From Acidobacteriota bacterium (GTDB lineage: Bacteria; Acidobacteriota; UBA890; WLXD01): a stretch of DNA of 64,000 bases. The stretch covers positions 384,001-448,000 of the forward strand of contig CAXWPL010000005.1 of NCBI GenBank assembly GCA_963666215.2, read 5' to 3'. Made by a program: the position numbers and the translations under genes. Below, piece after piece: positions 49,095 to 59,019 of this stretch (the stretch's first letter is position 1; each line of letters starts with the position of its first letter). The notes under the pieces were generated by a model. The model saw only the letters and a program-made list of their open reading frames with translations. It had not been told where the DNA came from and searched no databases.

Positions 49095-52000
49095 TCAGCG
49101 GCGCGAATACGGCAGCTCGTAGCGCAGCACCGGCAGGTCGACGCTTTCCATCAAACGGTTCAATGGTACGAGCTGATCTTCCAAGATGATGTCGAGGCGC
49201 GTCTGCAGATCGTCGAGCTCGGCCGCCAGCTCATCGAAAACCCGCTGGTAGGCCTCGGTCGGCCGCGCGTCTCCCCGCTGGAGCGCGTTCAACAGGCCGC
49301 TGAGCCGGTTGTTGAGGCGAATCGGAAAGGCCAGGCGGTCGCGGGATACGACCATCAGGGGTTGATAGATGGTGTCCTTGATCGCGACGAGATCGGGAGT
49401 CAATTGGCCCGCGGCCGCGGCAATTTGGCCGGCAACGTCGGGCCCGACATCGGCCTCTGCGAGCTGCTGCTCGGTGCCCGCCATCTGCGCCTCGAGGTCG
49501 CGGATCATCAGAACCATCTCGTTGGCGATTGTCGTTTCGTCGCGGATTCGAAGCGCGAGCTCGAACCGGGCCCGCAGGTCGGCAGCCGTGACCTCGTGGT
49601 GACGCGGGTCGATGAGTATCTCGAAACGCCGCGTGAACGTCCGGCCGTCGATGTTCACCCAAGCCTCGTACTCGCCGGGCGGCGCCAGCGGCCCACGCGG
49701 CCGACCGCCTTCCAGGACGATCCCATTCCAAACCGTCGGCGGCTCGTAGCGCCCGCCCCAGGTGACCCGGTTCATCCCTGACTCGGAGGGGCCTTCGACG
49801 AACGCCCGGGCGCGGCGCCCGTTGGTGTCGAAGATCTCGACCGTCACCTCGCGGGCCGGGCGCCCCAGGTAGTAGTCGATGCGCACCGGCGTTACGGACG
49901 TGACCTCGTCGGCGGGGTCGAACACGTGCGCATCCGAGCTCTCGACTTCGGGTGTTAGCTGGCGCAGCACCGAGATGTTGTCGAGCACCCAGAAGGAACG
50001 GCCGTGGGTGGCCGCTACCAGGTCGTTGCCGTTGATCTCCAGGTCGGAAACCTGGACGTCCGGCAGGTTGAGCCCCAGCGGTTGCCACGCCGCGCCGTCG
50101 TCGAACGAAACATGGACGCCGTGCTCGGTGCCACAGAACAGCAGGCCGCGGCGGGAGGGATCTGCGCGGATGACGTGGGTGAAATCGTCAGCGGCGATGC
50201 CGTCGTCGATGCGTACCCAGGTGGCGCCGTAGTCGTTGCTCTTCCACAGATAGGGCCGTCGGTCGGCCATTTCATACCGCTTACCTGCCACATATGCCGT
50301 GGCGGGATCATGTGGAGAAGCATCGATCGCGCTGACGCGCGTGTCCTTGGGCATGTCGGGCGGCGTGACGTTGCTCCACGAATCGCCGCCATTGCGGGTG
50401 ACGTGCACCAACCCGTCGTCCGATCCCACCCAAACGGTGTCGGCGTCGAGGCGCGACGGCGCGATTGCGAACACCGTGCCGTAGACCTCCGGGCCGTCCT
50501 GGTCGGTGCGAATCGGCCCACCGGTTTCCTGCAGTGTCTGGGGATCGGCGTAGGTGAGATCGGGGCTGATCTTCGCCCAGCTCTCGCCGAAGTCTTCGCT
50601 GCGCCAGAGGTGCTGCGAGCCAACGTAGAGCGCGTGTGGCGGTACGGGAGAAAACGTCAGCGGGACCAGCCAGTTCCAGCGCTCGCGATGCTCCGCGGCC
50701 GGGGATCCCATCTCCATCCGTGGATATGGACCGAACAGAACGGTCTGACCGGTGCGGCGGTCGAACTTGGTGACCACGTACTGCATGCTGGAGAAGAAGA
50801 TGTCCGGATCGGTGGGATGGGGCGCAATGTCGCTGTTTTCGCCGCCGCCGACGGCATACATGGCGGGCACCGGGCCCAGCGAAAACCCCGTACGCGGCGC
50901 CGAGCCCCGCGACGGAACGGCGATGGTGGAATTGTCCTGCTGAGCGCCCGTCACGTGGTAGGGAAAGTCGGTGGTGGTCGCGACCCGGTAGATCTGCGCC
51001 GTCGGCACATTCTGGCTCGACCAGCTTTGCCCACCGTTCGTCGTGATCGTCGGGCCGCCGTCGTTGCCGATGATCATGCGGTCGGGATCACCAGGGTCGA
51101 TCCAGATGTCGTGTTGATCCGAGTGTGCCGTGCGGATTCCCTGATAGGTGGCACCGCTGTCGGTCGAGCTCCACAGGCCCGCCGACAGAACGAACAGCGC
51201 GTCGCGCTCGCGAGGATGGGCACCGAGCCGCATGAAATAGAAGGGCCGCTGCCAGATCTCCCGATTCCCTGCGGCGTGGGTCCACGTGGAGCCGCCGTCG
51301 TTCGATCGATACAGCCCGCCGTGCTCGTGCTCGATCAGCAGGTAGAGGCGACCGGAATCGGCGGGCGACACGGTAACGCCCATCTTGCCGAGCGGACCCA
51401 AGGCCGGAAGCCCCGGATTGCGCGTCAGCTCCGACCAGGTGGCGCCGCCGTCGGTCGTTTTGTACAGCGCCGAGTCGGGGCCGCCGCTCCATAGCCGATA
51501 GGGACGCCGATAGACCTGCCACATCGTCGCGTACAGCGTTTCTGGATCGTTCGGATCCATCGCCAGGTCAATCGCGCCCGCCTTTTCGCTCTTGAAAAGG
51601 ACGCGGATCCAGGTGCGCCCCCCGTCCGACGTCTTGTAGACGCCGCGTTCGGGCGTGTCTCTGTAGGGATCGCCCAGAACGGCAGCGAAGACGGTGTCGG
51701 GGTCGTCAGGATGGATCCGAATACGCGGGATGACCCGGCTGTGGCGAAGCCCGGCGTGCGACCAGGTAATTCCGCCGTCGGTCGATTTGTAGATGCCATC
51801 GCCCTGCATCACGTTGCCTCGTAGCTGGCCCTCTCCCGTCCCCATCCAAACGACGTCGGGGTCGGATTCGGCGACGGCGACAGAGCCCACCGAGGAGCTA
51901 CCGATCTGGCCATCGGTCACCGGCGCCCAGGTGATGCCGCCGTCGGTGGTCTTCCAAAGTCCGCCCCCGGTGGCGCCGAAGTAATACTCGAGAGGACGCC

Positions 52001-52232
52001 CTGGATGGCCGGCGACCGCGATCGAGCGGCCGCCGCGATCGGGGCCGATGTTGCGCCAGCGGAGCCCGGAGAAGAGCTCCGCGCCAGGAGAGAACGTGGA
52101 CTCCTGAACGACGTTCAAAGCCTCCGGCAGCGGCGCCATCGTGACGAGTGCCCCTGCCGCTGGCATCAGCACGAGGACCGCCAATGCACTCCAACTCGGC
52201 ACGAGATCTAGGTTGGTCAAACCTGCACCCAT
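49095..52232 (-). CDS. Secreted VPS10/BNR-repeat protein (paralogue of 32176-35535)
   Basis: WRNIGPDRGGRS, GGLWKTTDGG, ATHGRSFWVLD, repeated Asp-boxes. Confidence 0.9.
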   Translation of the reverse strand: MGAGLTNLDLVPSWSALAVLVLMPAAGALVTMAPLPEALNVVQESTFSPGAELFSGLRWRNIGPDRGGRSIAVAGHPGRPLEYYFGATGGGLWKTTDGGITWAPVTDGQIGSSSVGSVAVAESDPDVVWMGTGEGQLRGNVMQGDGIYKSTDGGITWSHAGLRHSRVIPRIRIHPDDPDTVFAAVLGDPYRDTPERGVYKTSDGGRTWIRVLFKSEKAGAIDLAMDPNDPETLYATMWQVYRRPYRLWSGGPDSALYKTTDGGATWSELTRNPGLPALGPLGKMGVTVSPADSGRLYLLIEHEHGGLYRSNDGGSTWTHAAGNREIWQRPFYFMRLGAHPRERDALFVLSAGLWSSTDSGATYQGIRTAHSDQHDIWIDPGDPDRMIIGNDGGPTITTNGGQSWSSQNVPTAQIYRVATTTDFPYHVTGAQQDNSTIAVPSRGSAPRTGFSLGPVPAMYAVGGGENSDIAPHPTDPDIFFSSMQYVVTKFDRRTGQTVLFGPYPRMEMGSPAAEHRERWNWLVPLTFSPVPPHALYVGSQHLWRSEDFGESWAKISPDLTYADPQTLQETGGPIRTDQDGPEVYGTVFAIAPSRLDADTVWVGSDDGLVHVTRNGGDSWSNVTPPDMPKDTRVSAIDASPHDPATAYVAGKRYEMADRRPYLWKSNDYGATWVRIDDGIAADDFTHVIRADPSRRGLLFCGTEHGVHVSFDDGAAWQPLGLNLPDVQVSDLEINGNDLVAATHGRSFWVLDNISVLRQLTPEVESSDAHVFDPADEVTSVTPVRIDYYLGRPAREVTVEIFDTNGRRARAFVEGPSESGMNRVTWGGRYEPPTVWNGIVLEGGRPRGPLAPPGEYEAWVNIDGRTFTRRFEILIDPRHHEVTAADLRARFELALRIRDETTIANEMVLMIRDLEAQMAGTEQQLAEADVGPDVAGQIAAAAGQLTPDLVAIKDTIYQPLMVVSRDRLAFPIRLNNRLSGLLNALQRGDARPTEAYQRVFDELAAELDDLQTRLDIILEDQLVPLNRLMESVDLPVLRYELPYSRR

Positions 52233-52343
52233 TCACCCCGCAACACGCCGACCGGACGTTCGGCGCTGGTTACGAATCTGCGTTTCGTCTGGCCGCCCAT
52301 TCAAGCACAGGCGGCGAGCGCATCGTCCAACCTTCGTTATGCG

Positions 52344-53752
52344 GGGGATGTCACAGGCTCCGTTGAAAAAGGGTGACGGTGATCCGACCTCGATAGTGTG
52401 TCGGGGTCAATCCACTGGCATGGAGGATCACCGTCATGAGCAAGAGTCGCAGAACAGAGACAAGTAGGAAAGCGGAGCGCCAAGAGAACCCGCTCCTGGA
52501 GGCAGTGGTAGCGGCGCGATCGGATCTACGAGCGCTGGTCATGGACGCGGGCTTCGGGGTGTTGGGTTCGCTGCTGGAAGAAGACCGGGCGGAGCTCTGC
52601 GGAGAGCGCTACGCGCGGTCACAGCAGCGGCGGGCGTACCGACACGGCTACGACGAGGGCTCGCTGGTGATGGGCGGCCGGCGGGTCAAGGTACGCAAGC
52701 CGCGGGCTCGGAGCGTCGATGGCCAAGAGCTGCCGCTGCCGCACTGGGAGAGGTTCAAGGCAACAGATCCGCTCGAAGAGCGCGCCGTAGAGCAGATCCT
52801 GTGCGGCGTCACGACGCGCAAGTACGAGCGCTCGTTAGAGCGGCTCGACGACGGGCGAGCTTCGTCGGGAACGAGTCGCTCGAGTGTGTCGCGGCGGTTC
52901 GTAGCGCGTACAGCCAAGCAGGTGCAGCAGTACCTGGCCCAACCGCTCAATGAAGTGGACCTGCCGGTGCTGGTGATCGACGGCACGCACATGGGCAAGC
53001 ACTTGTTGGTGATCGCCATGGGCATCGACGCGGACGGCGTCAAGCATGTGCTGGGTGTCGTAGAGGGCACCACGGAGAGCTCCCACGTGTGCCGGTCGCT
53101 GCTGCGGCAGTTGATCGAGCGCGGCATGCCCGTCGAACGGGCGCGGTTGGTGGTAATCGATGGCTCCAAGGGCCTCCGTAAAGCAGTGCGCGACACGTTC
53201 GGCGAGTGGGCCCTGATCCAGCGCTGCCGTGTCCACAAGATCAAGAATGTATTGGAGCATCTGCCAGGGCATATCCGGCCCTGGTTCGCAGCCAAGATCC
53301 GCAAGGCGTGGAAGGCGGAGACGGCCACGGCAGCGACCAAGCAGCTCGACGCCGTGGTCAAGGAGCTGGAGACCGATCACCCCGGTGCAGCGGCCTCGCT
53401 CAGAGAAGGAATGCAAGAGACGCTCACCGTCACTCGGCTCCGAGTTCAGGGGCCGCTGCTTCGGACGTTACGTTCAACGAATACGATCGAGAACCTGAAC
53501 GGGACGATCAAACACGTCAGCCGCAACGTAAAGCGGTGGCGCTCCGGGAGCATGATCGTTCGATGGGCGGTTACTGCACTCATCGAGGCCGAGAGCAAGT
53601 TCCGGAGGGTTCGTGGCTACCGCGACATCGCCAAGCTCGATGCCGCACTCAACACCGCCGTCGACGTTCCCCTTGAGCAGGAGCGCCGTACTGCGTAACA
53701 ATCCCCAACCACTTCACCGTCGCCTTAGTTCAACGGACGGTGGGACATCCCC
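52344..53752 (+). mobile_element. IS256-family insertion sequence
   Basis: Imperfect IRs GGGGATGTCaCAggcTCCGTTGAA / TTCAACGGAcggTGgGACATCCCC; no clean target duplication seen. Confidence 0.88.
52436..53698 (+). CDS. IS256 (Mutator-type) transposase
   Basis: VIDG, GVKHVLG, IDGSKGL, QRCRVHK, STNTIENLN. Confidence 0.95.
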   Translation: MSKSRRTETSRKAERQENPLLEAVVAARSDLRALVMDAGFGVLGSLLEEDRAELCGERYARSQQRRAYRHGYDEGSLVMGGRRVKVRKPRARSVDGQELPLPHWERFKATDPLEERAVEQILCGVTTRKYERSLERLDDGRASSGTSRSSVSRRFVARTAKQVQQYLAQPLNEVDLPVLVIDGTHMGKHLLVIAMGIDADGVKHVLGVVEGTTESSHVCRSLLRQLIERGMPVERARLVVIDGSKGLRKAVRDTFGEWALIQRCRVHKIKNVLEHLPGHIRPWFAAKIRKAWKAETATAATKQLDAVVKELETDHPGAAASLREGMQETLTVTRLRVQGPLLRTLRSTNTIENLNGTIKHVSRNVKRWRSGSMIVRWAVTALIEAESKFRRVRGYRDIAKLDAALNTAVDVPLEQERRTA

Positions 53753-53766
53753 GGGTTATGAGCCCG
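53752..53766 (-). tRNA. tRNA-fMet anticodon-arm remnant abutting the IS256 end
   Basis: CGGGTTATGAGCCCG is the reverse complement of CGGGCTCATAACCCG and is identical to 56015-56029. Confidence 0.55.
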
Positions 53767-53871
53767 TGGGAGAGTGCCTGTAACCCACTAAAACAGCAGC
53801 AGTTACCCATTTACCCCTAGATCCCGCTGCCGGCGTTAGGGGTGTAACGCGAGCCATACGCGAGCGGATGC

Positions 53872-54330
53872 TCATTTCTTGGGCTGCTTGATGTGGTGCC
53901 GAGCGCTGCCAACCTGGAACCGGGCGCGGCGCTTCTTGCCCGTGTCGTTGGCAAAGACCCGGTACATCACCTCGCTGTCGCCGCTGCCCTTCTTGGGCGC
54001 AGCAACTTCACCCATGAGGTGTCGCCGGGTCCAGGTACCCTGGCCTTCCAGGCGCAGCCGTCCGGAGCCATCACCATCGCCTCGAACTTGCCTCCGGCCT
54101 TGTCGGTCTTCTGGGCCCCAGGCGCCAGCGCAAACGTGCAGGGGCTAAACACGTACGCCGAGCCGGAGTTGGAACCACCGTCATCGTTGCCAAGGGCCCC
54201 CACCGCAGCCATGTCGCCAGAAATCGACACCGAGGAGCCGAGGGCGTCGCCGCCCGCCGCGTCCGAGGCCGTGAGCTTTTCCACCTCACCCCAGTTGTCC
54301 GCTCCACCCTCATTGCGGTCGAACACAAAC
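53872..54330 (-). pseudogene. FG-GAP repeat plus BACON-like domain fragment of a surface protein
   Basis: KLTASDAAGGDALGSSVSISGD...SGSAYVF, then CTFAL...DGCAW; frameshift near 54000; 5' end missing. Confidence 0.7.
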
Positions 54331-54676
54331 CGGCAGCATCGGCTTGCGTGAAGATCTCGCTTGCTAGCGAAGACGGCTCACGGAGCGACCCCATCTGGTA
54401 TTTCTCCTACGGATGGGACAAGAACCCCCGGCAGCGCGGTGTCCGTTGCACGATTACACTGAAATGCCCGGATGGCGGGCTCGACGCTGAGGTTTACGTC
54501 GTCCGGAAGCCGCGAAGGTCTAAGGTCTATAGAGCACCGTCCTAGAGATATCTCCGCCATGTCATCGAGGGCTTGCGTTCGCCCGGTTATTCCGAGTCGG
54601 TGATCGACGAGGTGCGAGCGGTTGAGGCAAGCGAGCCCGTTGGCTAGCTTCGCGCGCCATCCAGAGGATCATCGCA

Positions 54677-55678
54677 GTGGATGTACGAGACGGCTTCGCC
54701 GCTACGGTGGGAAACACGCCACTCATCAAGCTCCGCATGGCGTCGGAGTTGACGGGCTGCGAGATCTACGGCAAGGCCGAGTTCCTGAATCCGGGAGGCT
54801 CGGTGAAGGACCGTGCGGCCCTCTACATGGTGCTGGACGCCGAGGAGGAAGGAAGGCTCGAGCCTGGCGGCGTCATCGTCGAGGGCACGGCGGGCAACAC
54901 CGGGATCGGCCTGGCGCTGGTCGGAAACGCGCGCGGCTACCGGACCGTGATCACGATGCCCGAGACCCAGAGCCAGGAAAAGAAGGACATGCTGCTGCTG
55001 TGCGGCGTCGAGCTGCGCTGCGTGCCCGCGGTCCCGTTCAAGAATCCCGATCACTACGTCCACCAAGCGGAGCGACTCGCCAAGAACCTCGCCGGCGCCG
55101 AGCCGCACGGCGTCCTGTATGCCAACCAGTGGGACAACCTGTCGAACCGCAACGGGCACGCCCGCACCACGGGCCCCGAGATCTGGAGGCAGACCGACGG
55201 CAAGGTCGACGGCTTCACCTGCGCGATCGGCACCGGCGGGACTCTCGCAGGTGTCGGGATCTTCCTCAAGGAGCAGAATCCCGACATCAAGATCGTCGCC
55301 GCCGACCCGATGGGTGCGAGCATGTACCACTGGATCAAGCACGGAGAGCTCAAGAGCGAGGGATCCTCGATCACGGAGGGAATCGGGCAGGGGCGCGTCA
55401 CCGGCAACATCGAAGGCGCTCCCATCGACGACGCCGTCCAGATCCCGGACGAGGAGATGCTGCCGATCGTCTTCGACCTGCTGAAGCACGAGGGCCTCTG
55501 CCTGGGTGGCTCGAGCGGCATCAACGTGGCCGGCGCCATCCGGCTCGCGAAGCAGCTGGGCCCCGGCCACACGATCGTGACCGTGCTGTGCGACTACGGG
55601 ACCCGCTACCAGTCGAAGCTCTTCAACCCCACGTTCCTGAAGGAAAAGGGCCTGCCGGTTCCGAGCTGGCTCGATTGA
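54677..55678 (+). CDS. cysK: Cysteine synthase (O-acetylserine sulfhydrylase)
   Basis: VGNTPL, KAEFLNPGGSVKDR (PLP lysine), EGTAGNTG, GTGGT, EGIG. Confidence 0.93.
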   Translation: MDVRDGFAATVGNTPLIKLRMASELTGCEIYGKAEFLNPGGSVKDRAALYMVLDAEEEGRLEPGGVIVEGTAGNTGIGLALVGNARGYRTVITMPETQSQEKKDMLLLCGVELRCVPAVPFKNPDHYVHQAERLAKNLAGAEPHGVLYANQWDNLSNRNGHARTTGPEIWRQTDGKVDGFTCAIGTGGTLAGVGIFLKEQNPDIKIVAADPMGASMYHWIKHGELKSEGSSITEGIGQGRVTGNIEGAPIDDAVQIPDEEMLPIVFDLLKHEGLCLGGSSGINVAGAIRLAKQLGPGHTIVTVLCDYGTRYQSKLFNPTFLKEKGLPVPSWLD

Positions 55679-55914
55679 CGCATTGGAACGTCGGCTGACC
55701 TTTGGTCACACAGCAGCCGCCGAGCATCGCAAGCATGCCGCCCGCAGGAGTCCATGTAATGAGTGGCGAAAGAAACTCGTTGGCTCGCGCACAAGTGCAC
55801 AGACGGCCAACATGTACAGCCCCGTGCTCGGCGAGGACTAGCGTCGCATCACCAACGAAGGCGACAGCGAGAGGGCCGCTGACGCCGATGGCAGCGCAAG
55901 CGACGCAAGCAGAC

Positions 55915-56025
55915 GAATAACCAGCAAAACGAAAGCTGCCGACCTCGTAGGCGTAAAGCCTTCAAGATCAGCGGCTTACGGAGTGGCGGGGGCCAGATTC
56001 GAACTGGCGACCTTCGGGTTATGAG
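55915..56025. repeat. 111-bp direct repeat, copy 1
   Basis: Matches 58521-58631 with 6 substitutions by manual alignment. Confidence 0.92.
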
Positions 56026-56029
56026 CCCG
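55984..56029 (-). tRNA. tRNA-fMet(CAT) 3' fragment
   Basis: Reverse complement CGGG-CTCATAA-CCCG AAGGTC GCCAG-TTCGAAT-CTGGC CCCCGCC-A; three G:C anticodon-stem pairs typical of initiator tRNA. Confidence 0.88.
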
Positions 56030-56603
56030 TGATCGAGAGATCCCGTCCATACCCATTGCCCGCACCAGCTTATCGACCTTTCGGGTCGACACACCCAGTA
56101 CGTACGCCTCAGCTACGGCTGAGACCACCGCGTGCTCGGCACGGCGTCGCGGCTCGATCAGGAAGTCCGGGAAGTACGCCCCTTCCCCGCACCTTCGGGA
56201 TCGCCAGTTGGATGGTCCCGGCCCGCGTGTCCCAGGGCCGCGTGCGGTAACCGTTGCGGCTGTTGGTGCGCTCGGTCGTCCGGGTCCCGTACGCGGCACC
56301 GCAGTGAGCATCGACGTCCTCGCTCATCAGCACCTGGGCGAACGCCTCCACCATTTCACGTAGTTGATCGCCGTCATGTTCGGCGAGTCCCTTGCCAACC
56401 CACTGTGCGGCGGGCATCTTGGTATCGGTCACTGGTTGTTCTCCTTGGTAGGAAGTTCTTCTGTGCAAACCAAGGATCGATCAGTGACCACCTTTTCTTC
56501 AAGGGTGCCGCTCGCCGTGGAAACTGTGCAAAACGCTCCGCGTTTCACACAAGTTCCCACCGCCCTGCTGCTACTGCTTCATACACCACGTCCCGGGACT
56601 CTA
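56030..56603 (-). mobile_element. Truncated, frameshifted IS256-family element
   Basis: CGAAYGTRTTERTNSRNGYR...TRAGTIQLAIPK, then AEAYVLGVSTRKV in another frame; terminus-like sequence at 56582-56603. Confidence 0.85.
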
Positions 56604-56617
56604 CTGCGCTCCTCCTA

Positions 56618-58132
56618 TCAAGTTCCGCAGAAGGTCCGATAACGTCCGAAGCTGGCTGGCGCCGGCGCTGCGTAGGCTTCCAGCCCCTCCTTCTCGTCGA
56701 AGGGATTCTCGAGAACCTCGAGTAGATTCTCGAAGGGCAAGAGGTCCTGAGATTCGGCTGCGGCGGTCAAGGCCTCCTCGACCTTGTGGTTGCGCGGGAT
56801 GTAGATCGGGTTCACCCGGTCCATTTCGGCATGGGTTTCCGCACGAGCTTGGGCACGAGCTTCGCCGCTCACGCTCTCACTGCACATCCTCGTCCGCCAA
56901 CGAGCCGCCCAAAGATCGTAGGCGGAAGCATCGTCTAGAAGTGCCCGTAGCGGGGCATCGTTGCCTCGGACCGCGTCTGACAGACGCCGGAAGGCAAGCG
57001 TGTAGTCGGCGTTTTGGCCTTCCAGCGCGGCAAGGAAACCGTTCGCCAGCTCGAGATCGTCATCCTCCGAACCCGAGAGTCCCAGCTTGGTCCGCATTCC
57101 GTCGAGCCAGTACGCGGCATATTGATCGAGGAAGCCGTTGACGGCCTCGCTGGCGAGCTCGAGTGCCCGATCGGTGTCGGCATCGATCAGTGGGAGGAGC
57201 GTCTCGGCGAGCCTGGCGAGGTTCCAGCCCGCGATCAATGGCTGCTGGCTGTAGGCATAGCGGCCTTGCGCGTCGATCGAACTGAAGACCGCGTTCGGAT
57301 CGTACGTATCGACGAACGCGCACGGCCCGTAGTCGATCGTCTCTCCCGAGATCGTCATGTTGTCGGTGTTCATGACGCCGTGGACGAAGCCAACGTGCAT
57401 CCAGCGCGCGATCAGTTGAGCCTGGGCGTCGCACACTGCCACCAGGAATCCGAGGTACAGGCTATCGGATCCATCGGGTCTATCGGATCCGCGAAGCTCT
57501 GGATAGTGGCGCGCGATGCTGTAGTCGGCGAGCTGCCGTACCTTTCCGACCTCGCCGCGCGCGGCGAAGAACTGGAAGGTACCGATTCGGATGTGGCTGG
57601 CCGCGACGCGCGTCAGCACAGCTCCCGGGAGCTCCTTTTCTCGAGCGATCCGCTCCCCGGTCGTCACGGCGGCGAGCGCTCGGGTGGTAGGGATCCGTAG
57701 GGCGTGCATCGCTTCACTGACCAGGTACTCTCGCAACACCGGACCGATTGTGGCCTTGCCATCTCCTCCACGCGAGAATGCGGTGCGACCTGAGCCCTTG
57801 AGCTGGATATCGCGACGCCTGCCGCTACGGTCAACCACTTCGCCCAGAAGCAGCGCGCGACCATCGCCGAGCCGCGGCACAAAACCGCCAAATTGGTGCC
57901 CGGCATATGCCTGGGCCAACGGGCTGGCGCTTTCGGGCGTTTCGTTGCCCGCGAAGACCGCGGCACCATGGTCGGAAGTGAGCACGTCCGGATCGAGGCC
58001 GAGCTCTAGAGCAAGAGGGCGGTTCAGCTTCATGAGGCGCGGATGCGGCACCTCGGCCGCCTCCGAAGGCACATAGAAACCGGGAAGCTCACGCGCGTAC
58101 GTGTTGTCGAAGTCGAACCCGGCGGTCGGCAT
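56618..58132 (-). CDS. selO: Protein adenylyltransferase SelO/YdiU
   Basis: [44 protein letters not shown]-terminal TFCGT. Confidence 0.96.
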   Translation of the reverse strand: MPTAGFDFDNTYARELPGFYVPSEAAEVPHPRLMKLNRPLALELGLDPDVLTSDHGAAVFAGNETPESASPLAQAYAGHQFGGFVPRLGDGRALLLGEVVDRSGRRRDIQLKGSGRTAFSRGGDGKATIGPVLREYLVSEAMHALRIPTTRALAAVTTGERIAREKELPGAVLTRVAASHIRIGTFQFFAARGEVGKVRQLADYSIARHYPELRGSDRPDGSDSLYLGFLVAVCDAQAQLIARWMHVGFVHGVMNTDNMTISGETIDYGPCAFVDTYDPNAVFSSIDAQGRYAYSQQPLIAGWNLARLAETLLPLIDADTDRALELASEAVNGFLDQYAAYWLDGMRTKLGLSGSEDDDLELANGFLAALEGQNADYTLAFRRLSDAVRGNDAPLRALLDDASAYDLWAARWRTRMCSESVSGEARAQARAETHAEMDRVNPIYIPRNHKVEEALTAAAESQDLLPFENLLEVLENPFDEKEGLEAYAAPAPASFGRYRTFCGT

Positions 58133-58520
58133 CTGACGCTCCTCGATTTCGGCACTGCGAACGGCATGGTGAAGTCGGCCACGAGCGGGCGTATCTCGAA
58201 TCTCGAGATCCGGGTAGATCGCCCTGAGTTGTTCGGCGGTCAGCGGTCCCTAGCTGTCCACCGCGGCTCGCTTGAGGACTGCATTGCGGGGAGGGCGACG
58301 ACAATACCGCCGATGTAGCTCGGGCGGACGCACCCTCTCCGTAGCGATGCCCTGCGCAACAAAGAACCGCCGTGGGCGAAGGTCGGTTGTTGACCTGATC
58401 AGCTCGGCTCCGCCCACGGCCAGCCAATCGCCTAGGAGAGGGTGGCGTCCGCCCGAGCGGCCCCACTCAGAGAATTCGAGTACCGAGGAGACCAGAGACG
58501 GCAACCAGACGGCAACGGGT

Positions 58521-58631
58521 GAATAGCGAGCAAAACGAAAGCCGCCGACCTCGTAGGCATAAACCCTTCAAGATCAGCGGCTTACGGAGTAGCGGGGGCC
58601 AGATTCGAACTGGCGACCTTCGGGTTATGAG
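58521..58631. repeat. 111-bp direct repeat, copy 2, containing a tRNA-fMet 3' fragment (58590-58631, minus strand)
   Basis: AGCGGGGGCCAGATTCGAACTGGCGACCTTCGGGTTATGAG plus the shared flank. Confidence 0.92.
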
Positions 58632-59019
58632 TTCAACGAGGGGCACCCGTAACCCGTTGAGCCCGCGTTCCTTATACGAAGCGCGGTGCTTTGCAGAGCT
58701 AAACGACCGCAGAATGGTACCCATGTGGTACCCGATTCTCCGCATCCTTGGCATTGTTTATGCTGCTTGTCTGAACGGCGTCGCATCGCCGGACGGGTGC
58801 TTGTGGAACATTTTGTCACCCGCCGTGAGAACCCCTGTTAGCACAAGTACTTGCACCGCGTGGTGACAGGAGTTGCACCCTATGCGCACCCGCTTGTAAC
58901 CATCCCGGGTGCGGATCCTACGCAGCGCGGGCGACCGCCCACACCAACACGTATCGAGTCGCGCGCAGATCCTTCCGGTGCCCCATCGATGTCGCCCGCG
59001 GCGTCTGGATGGCTTCGAA

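Noticed and set aside
52329-52343. ACCTTCGTTATG left of IS256 as the other half of a tRNA-fMet scar or target duplication
   Set aside because: It is only a gapped match to ACCTTCGGGTTATG and gives no clean duplication, so it is too weak to call.
54348-54545. 65-aa ORF upstream of cysK
   Set aside because: No recognisable motif or convincing start; probably a gene fragment or spurious.
27773-58132. A selenium-utilisation system (SBP56 plus SelO)
   Set aside because: The link is in the names only. SelO ends in Cys (TFCGT), I see no in-frame TGA recoding or selABD genes, and the two genes are 27 kb apart.
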